A stretch of DNA of 64,000 bases from Octopus sinensis (lineage: Eukaryota): assembly GCF_006345805.1 (NCBI RefSeq), contig NC_043026.1, positions 3,348,001-3,412,000 on the forward strand, in the 5' to 3' direction. The notes under the pieces are model-generated. The model was not told the origin of the DNA. It ran no database searches and worked only from the letters and a program-made list of their open reading frames with translations. Of the stretch, positions 23,371 to 36,867 are shown piece by piece (positions within the stretch are counted from its first letter, which is position 1; each line of letters opens with the position of its first letter). The position numbers were made by a program, and so were the translations under genes.

Positions 23371-24597
23371 GCCATGCTGAAGCACCGCCTCGAAAGGGTT
23401 AAGTCGAACAAATTGAGCTCAGTACTTTTTTAAGCCTGGTACATATTCTCTCAGTCTCTTTTGCCGAACCGCTAAGCCCGGTTTCACCCGGTCGGTTTGG
23501 ATGATGTGGTTGTAAAACCTGCTCTGTGTAAGCATTCGACTTGCTTGGGCACGCTTACGTTAAAAAATCAATTTTAGAATGACTTTTTGTTTTGTCAAAA
23601 CGCTAAAAATAACTGACCAACAAAAAACAACCAAGATTCACCGAAATCAAAAAAATAAACCCAAATACTAAGCGAACAAAGATGCAAAACAACAGAAACA
23701 AACATAAAAAAATAAAACAAAAATTAAAAGAAATAAAAAAATAAGTAAAGAAATCTTTTAAATTTTCAAAGGTCAAAAAACAACAAAAAAAATAATAACT
23801 GAAAAACATTAAATACCGCAAACTCAATGCGAAATATTACACAAAATTTAAAACGAAAAGAAAAAAACCCATTTGAAACTGAAAACCAAATAACTGAAAC
23901 ACTACAAAGGAAAACTTCACAAAAAATCCCCACTCACACACACACACACACACACACACAGATTCACATACCTCCCCCCTTTTACATACGCACACATATA
24001 TTCACACAGAGTTGAAACGCTGTTTGATTTATTTTTCCAGCGTACAATTTTCATCCTCCCACTACCAAGTGTCACATCACCCCTTCCTTCCTTATTCATC
24101 TATCACTCCTTCCTTTCTCATTCATAAACGCAAGAGTATTATTATAGTAGATTATCTCAGTAACCATGGGAGCTATGAAAAAATACAAAGCCCAGCAACA
24201 CCACCTGATCTTTCTACACATCGATGAGTAATTTTTCGCGCAATTCCACCCAGCCGTTTGACCGTGAATCCCAAGACAAGAAAGAATCGCCCATGTCATA
24301 TTTATATGTATAGATTTTTAAACTATCATACAAAATACATCCACATCATATCTCTGGCCGTTTGGTCCAGTGCAGGTTTCCTTACAGCTATTGTGCTTTT
24401 GTTCACATCGGTGTTGTTACTAATATCAGCCATGATCGTGCTAGCGGAATAGCACATGGTGTAAGATATATTTTTTTCAATTCGATCTGAACACCCTCAT
24501 TTATAACTGAAGAAATAAGTCAGTTACTGACTTGGGCAGGAAGAATTGGCATAATCGTAGAAGAAAACGTTCAAAGGGGCAATTCGAACATTTCCTT

Positions 24598-24770
24598 TCA
24601 TCATCATCATTGTTCGACCGTGGTCGAGACAATGGAATTTACTATGTTACGCCAGGCCTCACGGTCCATCATAGCATTACGGAGGTCCTGTTGCTGGATG
24701 CCTGTATCCCTGGAGATTACATCAGGGTAGGAGAGTGTGCACCCTCTGGTATCGCAAGCAATTGCTTCTG
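24598..24770 (-). mobile_element. RTE-type LINE 3' end with (TGA)n tail
   Basis: Minus strand reads YPDVISRDTGIQQQDLRNAMMDREAWRNIV then ends in ATGATGATGATGA. Confidence 0.55.
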
Positions 24771-25900
24771 ACAGAGCGACTTCTCAAACATCTTTCCAAG
24801 ACATTTAATCAGATTTTCCTCTGTTGATGGTATGGCTTCTCCTTGCACTTGTAGCTTAATTTTGTTTGTTACTTTACCTCTTCTGGTTACCATACCCCTA
24901 TATTTGGGAGGCTTAAACTTCTTTCTAACGAATATTACCATGTGTTCAAATGAGGTCAGCACCATTTCTGCCTCCACATGGGTTGTAGTTGTTACCGTGA
25001 TATCATCCATGAAACCCCTTATTGGCTGCTGACAGCTGCCTGATTCCATTGTTGGTCCTTGGCCTTCATTTTCAGCAGCTGACACGAGGAGATTCATAGC
25101 CATGATGAAAAGAATGAGGGAGATTGTGCAACCAGTATGATTCCTTTCTCAAGGTCTTGCCACTGACTTGTGAAGTGGGCTGTTCTGAAACATAACTCGA
25201 TGCCTCCAAAGTGATTGCTGATTATTCCCTCAACAGGTGAGGAATATGGTAACAGTCAAGGGCTGCTTGGATGAGGCTGTGAGGAATTGATCCACATGCA
25301 TTTTCCAGATCCAACCAAGCCACTGTCATGTCACCTTTACTTCTTTTGGCCTCCCGAATCAGCTGGTTGTGTTCCAGACAGCCCGAGAAACCCGAGACCC
25401 TCACTTTCTGGATAGAGGTGTTTATATACTCATTGTATGAGGTCACCCTTTTGGTCAGTACAGAAGGTTTTTCCCTCAACACTCAGGAAGGAGAATGGTC
25501 CTGAATTTGTTAATGGCTGATGAGTTTTCTTCCTTTGGCAGCACAAAACTTCCTTTCGGTGGAATGATACTATTTGTCCAGATCTTTCAGAATAGTGTCC
25601 ACAGCCTCTGAGGGAGCCATGGGCATTTCTTGTATACTTTATAAGGTACACCACTTAGACAGGAGCTGATCCTGATCTGGCCCCTTTCACAACCACTCGT
25701 CCCACTTCTTTCCAGAATGGACAACTGACGTTGAACTCATTTCCTGGTATTTCAGCTCTACAGACTTTTGGGTTAACATTAGGAGCTTGATTTCTGAGGT
25801 TATGGTTGTAGATCTCTCCCCCTCCACCCAGAAAAGCTTCTACCTTTTCTCTGGAGCTGGTCCATTTCCCTGATTTCGTCCTCCCATGTCCCAACACTGT
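24771..25900 (-). mobile_element. R2-group (Hero-like) non-LTR reverse transcriptase remnant
   Basis: ARSGSAP, FRTISFLSVEGK, SGFSGCLEH..LIREAK..WLDLENACGSIPH, RGFMDDITVTT, IKCLGK in successive frames with stops. Confidence 0.75.
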
Positions 25901-25995
25901 TCAGGTCAGCCTGAAAGGGTCCACCTGTCATGTGCGTGTATATGTATGCGTTTGTGTATGTGTGCATGCGTGTGTGTGTGTATGTGTGTCTACAG

Positions 25996-26215
25996 ACGAG
26001 GGAGTATTGAAATGTTTCTGGCTTCAGGTAAAACAAAATAGAGACGAATCACTTCATTAGCATTCTATTCAACATATTCTCCCCTCTCACATTCACACAC
26101 TTGTTGCAGTGGCCCTTCAGTTTTTCTAAGCCCTGGGAAAAAGAACACAGCTGGTTCGGTCTCCAGCCAGTCCTCTGCAGCAGTGGTCATGCCGGGTACT
26201 TTTCATCAACCCCTG
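25996..26215. mobile_element. Mariner-derived MITE (~220 bp)
   Basis: ACGAGGGAGTATTGAAATGTTTCTGGC at the left versus GCCGGGTACTTTTCATCAACCCCTG|TA at the right form imperfect mariner-style TIRs. Confidence 0.5.
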
Positions 26216-26599
26216 TATACGCATACCTACCCACCTAACTACACACACGGATGGATTAACGTAGAGACATTCAACTAAAGGGAGATAACCATTCATATAC
26301 CATTAACAGAAAATTAGCTCGGTCAAGACAGCATATATACACACACACACACACACAGATGGATGGATAGAGAGAGAGACAGATAGATATATCGATAGGT
26401 AGATAGACAGAGAGGCAGATAGACAGATAAATAGATAGACTGTTTGTAGTGATGTACAGATTTTATGCTTTAAAAATGGGAGTTTGCGAGAATTTTGGAT
26501 AATTCGTTATTAGTGTTTTCATCTCATTCATTGGAACTTGTCAGATTTGAGTTTTACAGGAAACTTTGTCTTTTGTTGAAATCTGTTTTGCTTTGTTAT

Positions 26600-26630
<31 letters not shown>

Positions 26631-27195
26631 AGAAAAAGAGGAAATATGCGATGAGAGAAGGTAAGAGAGAAAGAAGAGAAAAGAGAAAAAAAGGGATAAA
26701 GAAAGGAAGAAGGGAGATAGAGAGACAAGCGATCTTTTTTCTTGTTTGTTTAGAAGAAATGTGGGGACTTCAAGGGGGGGGGGACTATATCGGAAAATAA
26801 ACCCCATTTGGTCACCTTCCGTGAGAGAATCTTGGTCAGCCTATGGACCTTTCAGCCGACCCCCGTAAAAGGCATTCTATAAAAATACTTTTTACATATA
26901 TGGTTTCATATAATGCTCGAAATAACAGCTAAGTCGTCACAAATTTGTGTTGTTCTTCCCCTTATGCAATATTTAGATGGCGAACACACATAATCTCTCT
27001 CTCTCTCTCTCCCTCCCGACTTTACTCCACCTCTCTTGCTTTTTCTCACTCTCTTTATCATTAGCTCTCTCTCTCTCTCAGCTTTTCTCTCTCTTTTACT
27101 AAACATTTTTCTTTCATCTTATGTCCCTCCCCCTCTCGCTATCCCTCTCTGACATATTTTTCTTTTCCCTCTCTTCTTCCCTCCCACCACGAATG

Positions 27196-27230
<35 letters not shown>

Positions 27231-28149
27231 AAGCAGCCCCTACCGCCCAGTCAAAAATCTCGTAGTTCCAAGGGAGGCTACAACTGTCTTCGAAAGGTAT
27301 AGAATTACCTCCCTTCAATCAGTTATAAATTTGGATTCGAAAGAAAATTAATTAATTTTGTAGTTCATAATTCATATAATTAAATACTGTGGGTATTGAA
27401 CAAGAATTTAAGAAAGATTTACGGAAAGAAATTCGCGACATGTGATTTTGCGTCACGCTAGGAATAACAGTCAACTACCCTGAAATTTGCGTTGATTTTT
27501 ATACAAATTGGAAGGACACCTTAAGAATTTGTGCCATATATGGTCATTCTTCATGCTAGACTACATTAAGCAAGAGCCTTCAAATTGGTTTCGATTTCTC
27601 GTATGCAAATAGGACACTTAACCATTTCTAAAATATAATGAACAATATATGGTCCCACATATTGCGAGAAATAGCAACCACATGGCCTTAAATCTGTGAT
27701 GTGATGTGTATAAAAATTAAAGGACACTTGAAGACGAAGCATCTGTAAGAATATTGTACTACAGGTGGGGTCTCACATCATGGTAGACATAACAAACAAG
27801 AACCTTTCAATTTCCGTGTAGTGTTTATGTGTATATATATGAAGGACACTTTTAGAATTATTATAAAATATTATCCTATAAGTAGACTCACATCATGCTA
27901 GAAACAACAACTAAATACCCACAGAATTGCATTGTTTCTCATATGAAACAAACTGTCTTTCCGTCTCTTAACAAACATGTTATTCCGGGGCTTCTTTTGT
28001 TTATTCCTATCCTAAATGTTGAGGGCCGGGAAACAAGGACGCGTGAACCCTCCATCGGTTCCTACCTACCCGCGCTAGAAAGAGTAGCCAAGTGCCTTGA
28101 AGCCTAATAAAAAGGCTGAGGAAAAAATAATCCTTAACTGGTCAGGCGG

Positions 28150-28480
28150 ATTTGGCGAACACTTACATTAGCTCCATCATATATTACTGCCTGACCGTTG
28201 TGCCTCGCCTCATTTCAAGTCTAACCGACCTGGAGCGCTTGCCATTCCGCTCTCTGTGCGATGGATGAATTCCACTGGCCAAGCGCTGCCTTTGCTGTCA
28301 ACACCTGCTCAACGAACGACTGGACATGCTGTAGCTGATTACACGCAGGTATGCACTGAGGCTGCGACCTCTCTCCATCAATTCCTTGACGGTGAACATG
28401 TGTGGTCGCTGTTTCCCCCCAGTTTCTCTCAATCAGAGGCCGAAACAGCTGGAATATGGTCGAGCCCTGGCGATCCTCTA
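28150..28480 (+). mobile_element. Tx1-type LINE ORF2 fragment (post-RT region)
   Basis: ANTYISSIIYYCLTVVP...LERL..R.L..G.IPL..R..CCQH.LN..LDM...RRYALRLR...FLDGEHVWS across frameshifts. Confidence 0.55.
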
Positions 28481-28580
28481 CCAGTGGGATAATGTAGCTG
28501 TTGGAAGTTCAATATTGGATTTTGACAGAGGATTTGTGGCGAGCAAATGGGATTTGATTCTCTGGGAAAAGGAGGACATC

Positions 28581-28795
28581 GTCGGCGAGTTAGCAGAATC
28601 ATTAGCACGCCATGTAAACTGCATAGCAACATGTAGTGAATCTCTACGTTCTGAGTTCAAATCCCGCCGAGGTCAACTTTGCCTTTGCTCCTTTCTGGAT
28701 CGACGAAATAGTAACCAGTCAAGTACTGGGGTCGGTGATACCAACTAGACCCCTAAACCAAAATTTCAGGCCTTGTACCTATGCTAGAAATCATT
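28581..28795 (+). mobile_element. SINE family B
   Basis: GGCGAGTTAGCAGAATC head, CTGAGTTCAAATCCCGCCGAGGTCAACTTTGCCTTT, AAATTTCAGGCCTTGTACC. Confidence 0.7.
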
Positions 28796-29439
28796 TTTAT
28801 TGTTCTGTTTTGCTCAATGGGATAACTGAATAAATATATGAGGTAAAGGGGAACATCTCCAAACTGAGCGAAAATGAGAGAGAGAGAGAGAGTGAGGAGT
28901 GAGAGGGAGAGAGAGAGAGTGAGTGAGAGAGAGAGAAAGAGAGAGAGAGAAGTGGCACTAATTGCAACTCGGACACTGAAAGATTCCAAGTGATAGTTGA
29001 CAGAGATTCGCTCGGATATATCTTAATAATCCGTTTAAATCATAGATTTCTTTATGTGAACTTATTAACGCTACAGTAATTCTATCCAAGTAGAAACCCA
29101 TAAAAAGTTTAAAAAGTGAAAAAAAAGGTCAATTTTGCCTTTCATCCTTTGGGGATCGATAAATAAAGTACCAGAGAAACACTGGGGATCAGTGTAATCA
29201 ATTAATCCCCTCCACCAAAATTTCAAGCTTTGGGCAAACAGTGGAAAGGGTTGTTACACAGCGAAAAGGGATTGCTTCGAAAAGGGATTGTATCTTTGAA
29301 GAAACGTAAATATCGGAAGAGTTTATATTCCAATTAACGAAGAGGATGGAGGGAGCAACTGGTTTCTCTTGCATAATTGCACAACGGTTTCACAAACACT
29401 TTATCAGTATTTTGGGGGTTTTTTGTATACGTATCTGCA

Positions 29440-29842
29440 TGCATGTATATGTATGTGTGCATGCACGTGTGTGTGTGTGTGTATGTGTATATATAAATAT
29501 ATATATATATAAATAAAAACTTGGAGAAGAGAAACGACGCGTGCGTTCGGTCATATAATAACAATAGAATAAATAGATAAAATATATGCATATATACATA
29601 CATATATGTACGTACTTACATCTACATGTATATATACAAGCATATATAGATATATATGAGTACAGGACACCACAAATATACGTAGAACACAACGAGAAAC
29701 AAAAACATAAAATCAAACAAGGAAACGGACTTTTTTTAACAACGAAAAAACAGAGTACAGGACAAACAAAACAAGGAAAATTCCACTTCATCAGCTGCCC
29801 CTGGTTCGATTCAATGTGTGTGTCAAAGGTAATATATATATG

Positions 29843-29921
<79 letters not shown>

Positions 29922-30035
29922 ATATATATATATATATATGTATATACATATATATATGTATCTATCTAGCTATCTCTCTCTCTCTCTCTCTCCTCTATAT
30001 ATATATATATATATATATATGTATCTATCTATCTA

Positions 30036-30067
<32 letters not shown>

Positions 30068-30100
30068 TAGTATGTATGTATGTATGTATGTATGTATGTA

Positions 30101-30156
<56 letters not shown>

Positions 30157-30189
30157 CTATATACATATATACATATATTATATATACAT

Positions 30190-30248
<59 letters not shown>

Positions 30249-30563
30249 GTATTATATATAGGAGCTGGCAGAATCGTTTGCATGCCGGACATAATGTTTA
30301 ATGGTATTTCGTGTGTCTTTTCCTTTTATAGGCACAAGAGTGGCTGTGTGGTAAGTAGCTTCCTTACCAACCACATGGTTCCGGGTTCAGTCCCACTACG
30401 TGGCACCTTGGGCAAGTGTCTTCTACTATAGCCTCAGGCTGACAAAAGGCTTGTGAGTCAATTTTGTAGACGGAAACTGAAAGAAACCCGTCATATATAT
30501 GCGTGCATATATATATATTTACACATTATATATATATACATAATATATATATATGTATATGGA

Positions 30564-30617
<54 letters not shown>

Positions 30618-30930
30618 CATATATATATAGATATATATATATAACATACATACATATCATCATCATCATCGTTTAACGTCCGTTTTCCGCGCTAGCACGG
30701 GTTGGACGGTTTCGACCGGGGTCTGGGGAGCTCGGGACTGCCCCAGGCTCCAGTCTAGTCTGGCAGTGTTTCTACAGCTGGATGCCCTTCCTAACGCCAA
30801 CCACTCCGCGAGTGTAGTGGGTGTTTTTTACGTGCCACCTGCACAGGTGCCAGAGGGGTCTGGCATCGGCCATATAGATATATATATATATACATACATA
30901 CATATATATATGATATATATATATATATAT

Positions 30931-30963
<33 letters not shown>

Positions 30964-31022
30964 TACATACATACATACATACATAGATACATATAACATA
31001 CATACATACATATATATATATA
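29440..31022. repeat. Compound microsatellite field (TA, TATC, TATG, TC, CA) with embedded SINE pieces
   Basis: Direct reading; includes a family B head fused to a family A body at 30262-30500. Confidence 0.95.
30655..30875 (-). mobile_element. (GAT)n-tailed short retroelement, family C
   Basis: CATCATCATC GTTTAACGTCCG..GGATGCCCTTCCTAACGCCAACCACTCC..TTTTTACGTGCCACC, shared with copies at 39238, 52480, 56090, 58617, 61062 and 63123. Confidence 0.75.
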
Positions 31023-33749
31023 TGGGTAGGTAAGGTAATCGAGGTAGTCAGAGTAAGTGACAGAGTAATTAAAATTAGATTAGTCCTTCACCATAGGACA
31101 GCTACCATCATCTCGGCATATGCCCCTCAACCAGGGCTACCGGAAGGACAAAAAGACCAATTCTATGACACCCTATTGCGGACTACCTCATTGACAAATG
31201 ACAGTGACCTTCTCTTCGTGGCAGGTGATTTCAATGGACATGTTGGACGACATGTCGGGGGCTTCCATGGCGTCCATGGAGGCTACGGTTTCGGCTCTCG
31301 TAATGAGGAGGGAACCAGGCTGCTGGAGTTCTGCGATGCAAATGACCTTATGGTCTGCAATACCAACTTCAGGAAACCCACCTCTCACCTAGTCACCTAC
31401 CGTTCTGGCAGATACACCAGCCAGATTGACTACATCCTTGCCAGAAAAAGGGAAAGAGGGCTGATTATAAATGCCAAAACCTTTCCAGGCGAAGAATGTA
31501 CTCCCCAACATAGATTAGTGGCTAGTGACTTCAGGATCAGAGCTAAATGGTTGCCCAGAAGAAGACCAGCTTGGAGGAGAAGGGTCTGGAAGCTTAAAGA
31601 TCCTGCAAATGGACAGAGATTTAGAGACATACTACTCTAGGCCTTTGACGAAATAGAAGGGGATATAGCTTCACTTAATGTGGAAGACAACTGGAGATTC
31701 CTTCGGGACAATCTGCTGACAGCCACTGACCAGATCTGTGGATGGAGCAAAGTACCATCTCGACCCAGAGTAACATGGTGTGGAACACTGTAGTTGACAG
31801 GGCTATTAGACAAAAGAGACAGGCTTGGAAGGACTGGAAGAACGGTGGTAGCAGGGAATTGTATCAGACAGCCAGAAGGGAAGCTAGGAGACAGGTTTAT
31901 CTCGCCAGAGGGGAAGCAGATAAGAAAAAATTTGCCAATGTTCTGAGCCGTGAGGATGAAAGACTTGAGGTATTTCGTGTTGCAAGACAGTGTGTAAGAG
32001 AGAATCGTGATGTGGTAGGAGAGAAGTGTGTTCGCATGGATGATGGTTCACTTGCGCTAAATGAGGATGCAAAGAGAGAGGTTTGGAGATGCCACTATGA
32101 AGGGTTGCTGAATAAAGAAAATGAATGGGATAAAGAGAGTCTGCCAAATGTTGACCCAACAGAGGGACCAGCTATCCGAGTTGATAGTTCCGTGGTAGCT
32201 AAGGCAATTAGAAGCATGAAGACAGGGAAAGCCCCAGGCCCATCAGGAATTACTGCAGAGATGCTCAAAATATCTGGCAGTGTCAGCTGTAACCTAGTCA
32301 CCCGTATAGTCAACCAGGTGATACACGAAGGAGTCATACCCAATGACTGGTGTAGCAGCATACTAGTCAACTGCTACAAAGGTAAAGGTGATGCCCTGGA
32401 TATAAATAATTACAGAGGTATCAAGCTGTTGGATCAGGTAATGAAGGTTACGGAGAGGGTCATAGCCCAACTAATTAGAGAGAGAGTTAGTTTAGATGAG
32501 ATGCAGTTTGGGTTCGTGCCAGGGAAAAGCACCACTGATGCTATATTCCTGGTAAGGCTACTGCAGGAGAAATACCTAGCCAAAGATAAGCCCCTGTACC
32601 TGGCTTTCGTTGACATGGAGAAAGCCTTTGATAGGGTCCCCCGATCCCTCATCTGGTGGTCAATGAGGAAACTAGGGATAGATGAATGGCTGGTGAGGGC
32701 TGTGCAAGCCATGTACAGAGATGCCGTAAGTAAGGTTAGGGTTGGCAAATGTACACAGAAGAATTCAAAGTAGAGGTTGGGGTCCACCAGGGTTCAGTAC
32801 TCAGCCCCCTCCTATTATCATAGTCCTCCAGGCAATTGTGGAGGAATTCAAGACAGGCTGCCCCTGGGAGCTCCTCTATGCTGACGACCTCGCTCTAATT
32901 GCTGAATCACTATCAGAACTGGAGCAGAAGTTCCAGATGTGGAAGGAGGGTTAGAATCGAGGGGCCTTAGAGTCAACCTAGCTAAAACCAAAGTACTAAT
33001 AAGTAGAAAGGTAGACAATCCACAAATATCCTCAGGAAGATGGCCCTGCTCGATCTGTAGAAAAGGTGTAGGTAGAAACTCTATAAGATGTACCCAGTGT
33101 AAGCTATGGACACATAAGAGGTGCAGCAATGTCAAAGGTAGGCTAACTGGGAAGATAGTTTTTGTATGTGGCAGATGCTCGGGAGCATTGACCTCCGAAA
33201 ATCTGCAGAAACACAACTTCCGTCACTTTCCGGGGGGAAAAGCTAGAAGTAGTTGATAGCTCCCAATATCTAGGTGACCAAGTCAGTAGTGGGGGTGGGT
33301 GCGCTGAAAGTGTAACTGCTAGAATAAGAATAGCCTGGGCAAAGTTTAGGGAGCTCTTACCTCTGCTGGTGACTAAAGCCTCTCGCTCAGAGTAAAAGGC
33401 AGACTGTATGATGCATGTGTACGAACAGCTATGCTACATGGCAGTGAAACATGGGCCGTGACTGCTGAGGACATGCGTAAGCTCGTGAGGAATGAAGCCA
33501 GTATGCTCCGATGGATGTGTAATGTCAGTGTACTTACACGACAGAGCGTTAGTACCTTGAGAGAAATGTTGTACCTAAGAAGCATCAGTTGTGGTGTGCA
33601 AGAGAGACGATTGCGCTGGTATGGTCATGTGGCGAGAATGTGGATGAAGATAGGTGTGGGAGAAAGTGCGAATCCCTAGCAGTTGAGGGAACCCGTGGAA
33701 GAGGTAGACCCAGGAAAACCTGGGACGAGGTGGTGAAGCACGACCTTCG
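31023..33749 (+). mobile_element. RTE-clade LINE ORF2 (APE endonuclease, RT, PHD-like finger), 5'-truncated, 3' end lost in gap
   Basis: EN: SAYAPQ, VAGDFNGHVG, QIDYIL, PQHRLV; RT: KAPGPSG, NYRGIKLL, QFGFVPGKSTTDAIF, FVDMEKAFDRVP, LLYADDL; C-terminus RRLRWYGHV, RGRGRPRKTW; one in-frame stop and several single-base frameshifts. Confidence 0.93.
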
Positions 33750-33849
33750 NNNNNNNNNNNNNNNNNNNNNNNNNNNNNNNNNNNNNNNNNNNNNNNNNNN
33801 NNNNNNNNNNNNNNNNNNNNNNNNNNNNNNNNNNNNNNNNNNNNNNNNN
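33750..33849. other. Assembly gap (100 N)
   Basis: Run of N; true size unknown. Confidence 1.
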
Positions 33850-33984
33850 CTCAACAAAAACAGTAAGAAATTTTGTGAAATTCTATTTGAAGCATTTAAA
33901 ATAGAGATGTATAGCATATTGGACAACTGGAAGTCCCTGCAGGACAATCTACTGAGGGACACAGACTATTCATTCAAATAATAC

Positions 33985-34480
33985 CAAGAAGTTTTTAGAA
34001 TATTTTATACGTCTGACGTTTTTCGCAGAGCGCCTTGTTTCCCTGGGCATGGATTCACTGAAGCTCCGGCGTCTGGCGATGGACTTGGTAAACACCCACA
34101 AAGTTATCAACAACCTCACCAACAACAACACTGAACACCTTTTTGATCTCCATGTGTCCAACACACGTGGACATGCCTACAAAGTCAGAAAACAGCACCG
34201 CTCCCATGACTTTCGCAAACATTTTTTCACGCTCAGAGTTGCTGAAGCATGGAACAAACTGCCTGCTTCAGTTGTTGACTGCCATGACACTGCATCCTTT
34301 AAGGCCCTCATGCTTTCCGAAATCTGCCAAAACTACACCTGATTGCCCCACTTCTATACTCATACACATATGTGTATGTCATGACTCATACTCTGTTCTT
34401 TTCCTGACGCTTGTACATTACCCTATGTACTATACATACACTTTAGATGAGTTGTAGTGCACCTGAGCACTGTACACAAT
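33985..34480 (+). mobile_element. CR1-type LINE 3' end
   Basis: ERLVSLGMDSLKLRRLAMDL..TRGHAYKVRK..RKHFFTLRVAEAWNKLPASVV..SFK plus 3' UTR GTGCACCTGAGCACTGTACAC leading into a (TAT)n tail. Confidence 0.85.
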
Positions 34481-34484
34481 GTTT

Positions 34485-34518
34485 TATTATTATTATTATT
34501 TTCATTATTATTATTATA

Positions 34519-34549
<31 letters not shown>

Positions 34550-34587
34550 CATCATTATTATTATTATTATTCTTATTATTATTATTA

Positions 34588-34621
<34 letters not shown>

Positions 34622-34753
34622 CATTATTATTATATTATTATTATTATTTTTATTATTATTATTATCATTATTATTATATTATTATTTTTATTATTATTAT
34701 CATTATTATTATTATTATTATCATTATTATTATTATTATATTATTATTATTAT
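34485..34753. repeat. (TAT)n microsatellite, ~270 bp
   Basis: Direct reading; likely an expanded CR1 tail. Confidence 0.97.
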
Positions 34754-34818
34754 AGTTGAGGTCCCCAGGAACAGAAAGATAGTAACAAGAGTTATCTACC
34801 GTGCTTTCTGTAAAACCC

Positions 34819-34963
34819 ACGCGTGCGCACGAGATACATTTCCGTTTCCGTCTTGACATTATTGAATTGTTGGTTGAATGAATTTCTATTTCTAAACTTT
34901 TAATACATTTCTCATCTATTACAAATGCACTTATAACAACGTTATCCCCTATGAAACTTTTCC
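34819..34963 (+). promoter_or_regulatory. Putative promoter motif and non-coding exon 1 of ZNF gene 1
   Basis: ACGCGTGCGCAC (NRF1-like) at 34819-34830 and GTGAGT donor at 34964; homologous to 47445-47570 (-) and 48899-49062 (+). Confidence 0.6.
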
Positions 34964-35038
34964 GTGAGTATTTCATCAGTAGACGTTCAGTATTTGACTT
35001 TTCGATTGGCTGTGTTTCTCCAATTTTTTATGTATCAG

Positions 35039-35862
35039 AGATGTCTATGAATTGTACAAGATTTGGCTGCTATTTCTAGCTATGGAAGAGAGTTATCTAT
35101 GATTTAAGCGAGATCTGGTTGCTGTTTCTAGTTATGGAAGAGAAATCACTATGTTTCGTGCCAGATTTGGCTGCTATTTCTAGCAATGAAGAGATGTCCA
35201 TAATTTGTGCAAGATTTGGCTGCTATTTCTAGCTATGGAAGATAGTTATCTATGATTTAAGCGAGATCTGGTTGCTGTTTCTAGTTATGGAAGAGAAATC
35301 ACTATGTTTCGTGCCAGATTTGGCTGCTATTTCTAGCTATGGAAGTGAAATGTCTATGATTAGTGCAATATCTGGTTGCTATTTCTAGCTATGGATGAGA
35401 GATTTCTATTATTTGTGCAAGATTTGGCTGCTATTTCTAGCTATGGATGAGAGATGTCTATTATTTGTGCGATATCTGGCTGCTATTTCTAGCAATGGAA
35501 GAGATGTCCATAATTTGTGCAAGATTTGGCTGCTATTTCTAGCTATGGAAGTGAAATGTCTATGTTAGTTCGATATCTGGCTGCTATTTCTAGCTATGGA
35601 AGAGAGATGTCCATAATTTGTGCGAGATTTGGCTGCTATTTCTAGCTATGGATGAGAGATGTCTATTATTTGTGCGAGATTTGGCTGCTATTTCTAGCTA
35701 TGGAAGAGAAATGTCTATGATTAGTGCGATATCTGGCTGCTATTTCTAGCTATGGATGAGAGATGTCTATTATTTGTGCGAGATTTGGCTGCTATTTCTA
35801 GCTATGGAAGAGAAATGTCTATGATTTGTGCGAGATTTGGCTGCTATTTCTAGCTATGGAAG
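35039..35862 (+). repeat. 52-bp tandem array, ~16 diverged copies, in putative intron 1 of ZNF gene 1
   Basis: Unit ATTTGTGCGAGATTTGGCTGCTATTTCTAGCTATGGAAGAGAGATGTCTATG; period 52 (e.g. 35641 to 35693). Confidence 0.95.
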
Positions 35863-36867
35863 CCACATCCTCCATCGTTGCTGTGTTTGTTGTGTTTTGA
35901 GAAATATTCTCAAATACACCCCAACCGCTGAAATGTTGAGAAACCAATACTTTATTATTATTATTTATCGAATGTTTCTTGATATAACTACCGATGTGTG
36001 CTCACTCAACTAGCAATTTGATTCGTCATAACTTCGGGAAAAATGGATATTTTTGGTAATGAAATTTTCTAGAAATACTTTTCAGACAATGTGGATTACG
36101 AATATGTTGGAATTTGTTGTGAAAAAAATATAATTGGGAGAAAGGGTTACATGTTTTATGTCTTCGACTTTGTTTCCTCATATATTTTAACGACACAACT
36201 GTTCCCCACATCTGTCTTGTTATGAGGTGATGCAGATCAATCACAGGGAATATTGTGTGTCGCATGTATCTACGTACAACTCTTTATCTGTCTACCTCTG
36301 TCTCTTATGCTTTTCTCTTTGCGAGCTTTCACCTTCTATATATTTACCACATTCTCTCTCACTCTTTCTCTCTATATGTATATCTCTCGTGCTGATATTT
36401 GTATATGTCTTGAATCTGCAATTTTTAAGTAGTTTCTGTGTCTTACACTGTTGTTTCTTTATTATTTCAGGACATATCAAATGACATTGGGGTAACTGAA
36501 GATATTTCAAAATTTTTATCGTGTTTTGAAGACAAAGAAAATGCTATTGAAAGCAGATATATAATACGATTTCTGTAAAGTTATCATGGCATTCCAGTGC
36601 AATATATGCTCTGTTATTATTATCGAACGTTCCTTGCATTTCTGACTACAGTGTCAACAAAACGAATTTGTGTGCAAATTAAACTTGGATAAATTGAGAA
36701 AAAAGTTCTGAGACAAAGGTAACATTGGACAGAAATACAGTGATTGAAATATTGGCAAGGTATAACCTATAAGAACAAAATAAAAAATATATGTTTGCGT
36801 ATATATATTTATATATTTATCGTCATCATCATTATTATTATTATATATTGATTTGAAAAGAAAAATT

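Noticed and set aside
29334-31011. Many 60-130-aa ORFs rich in Y/I/L/S
   Set aside because: Translations of TA/TATC/TATG microsatellites and SINE pieces.
34447-34976. Poly-I, poly-L and poly-Y ORFs
   Set aside because: Translations of the (TAT)n tract.
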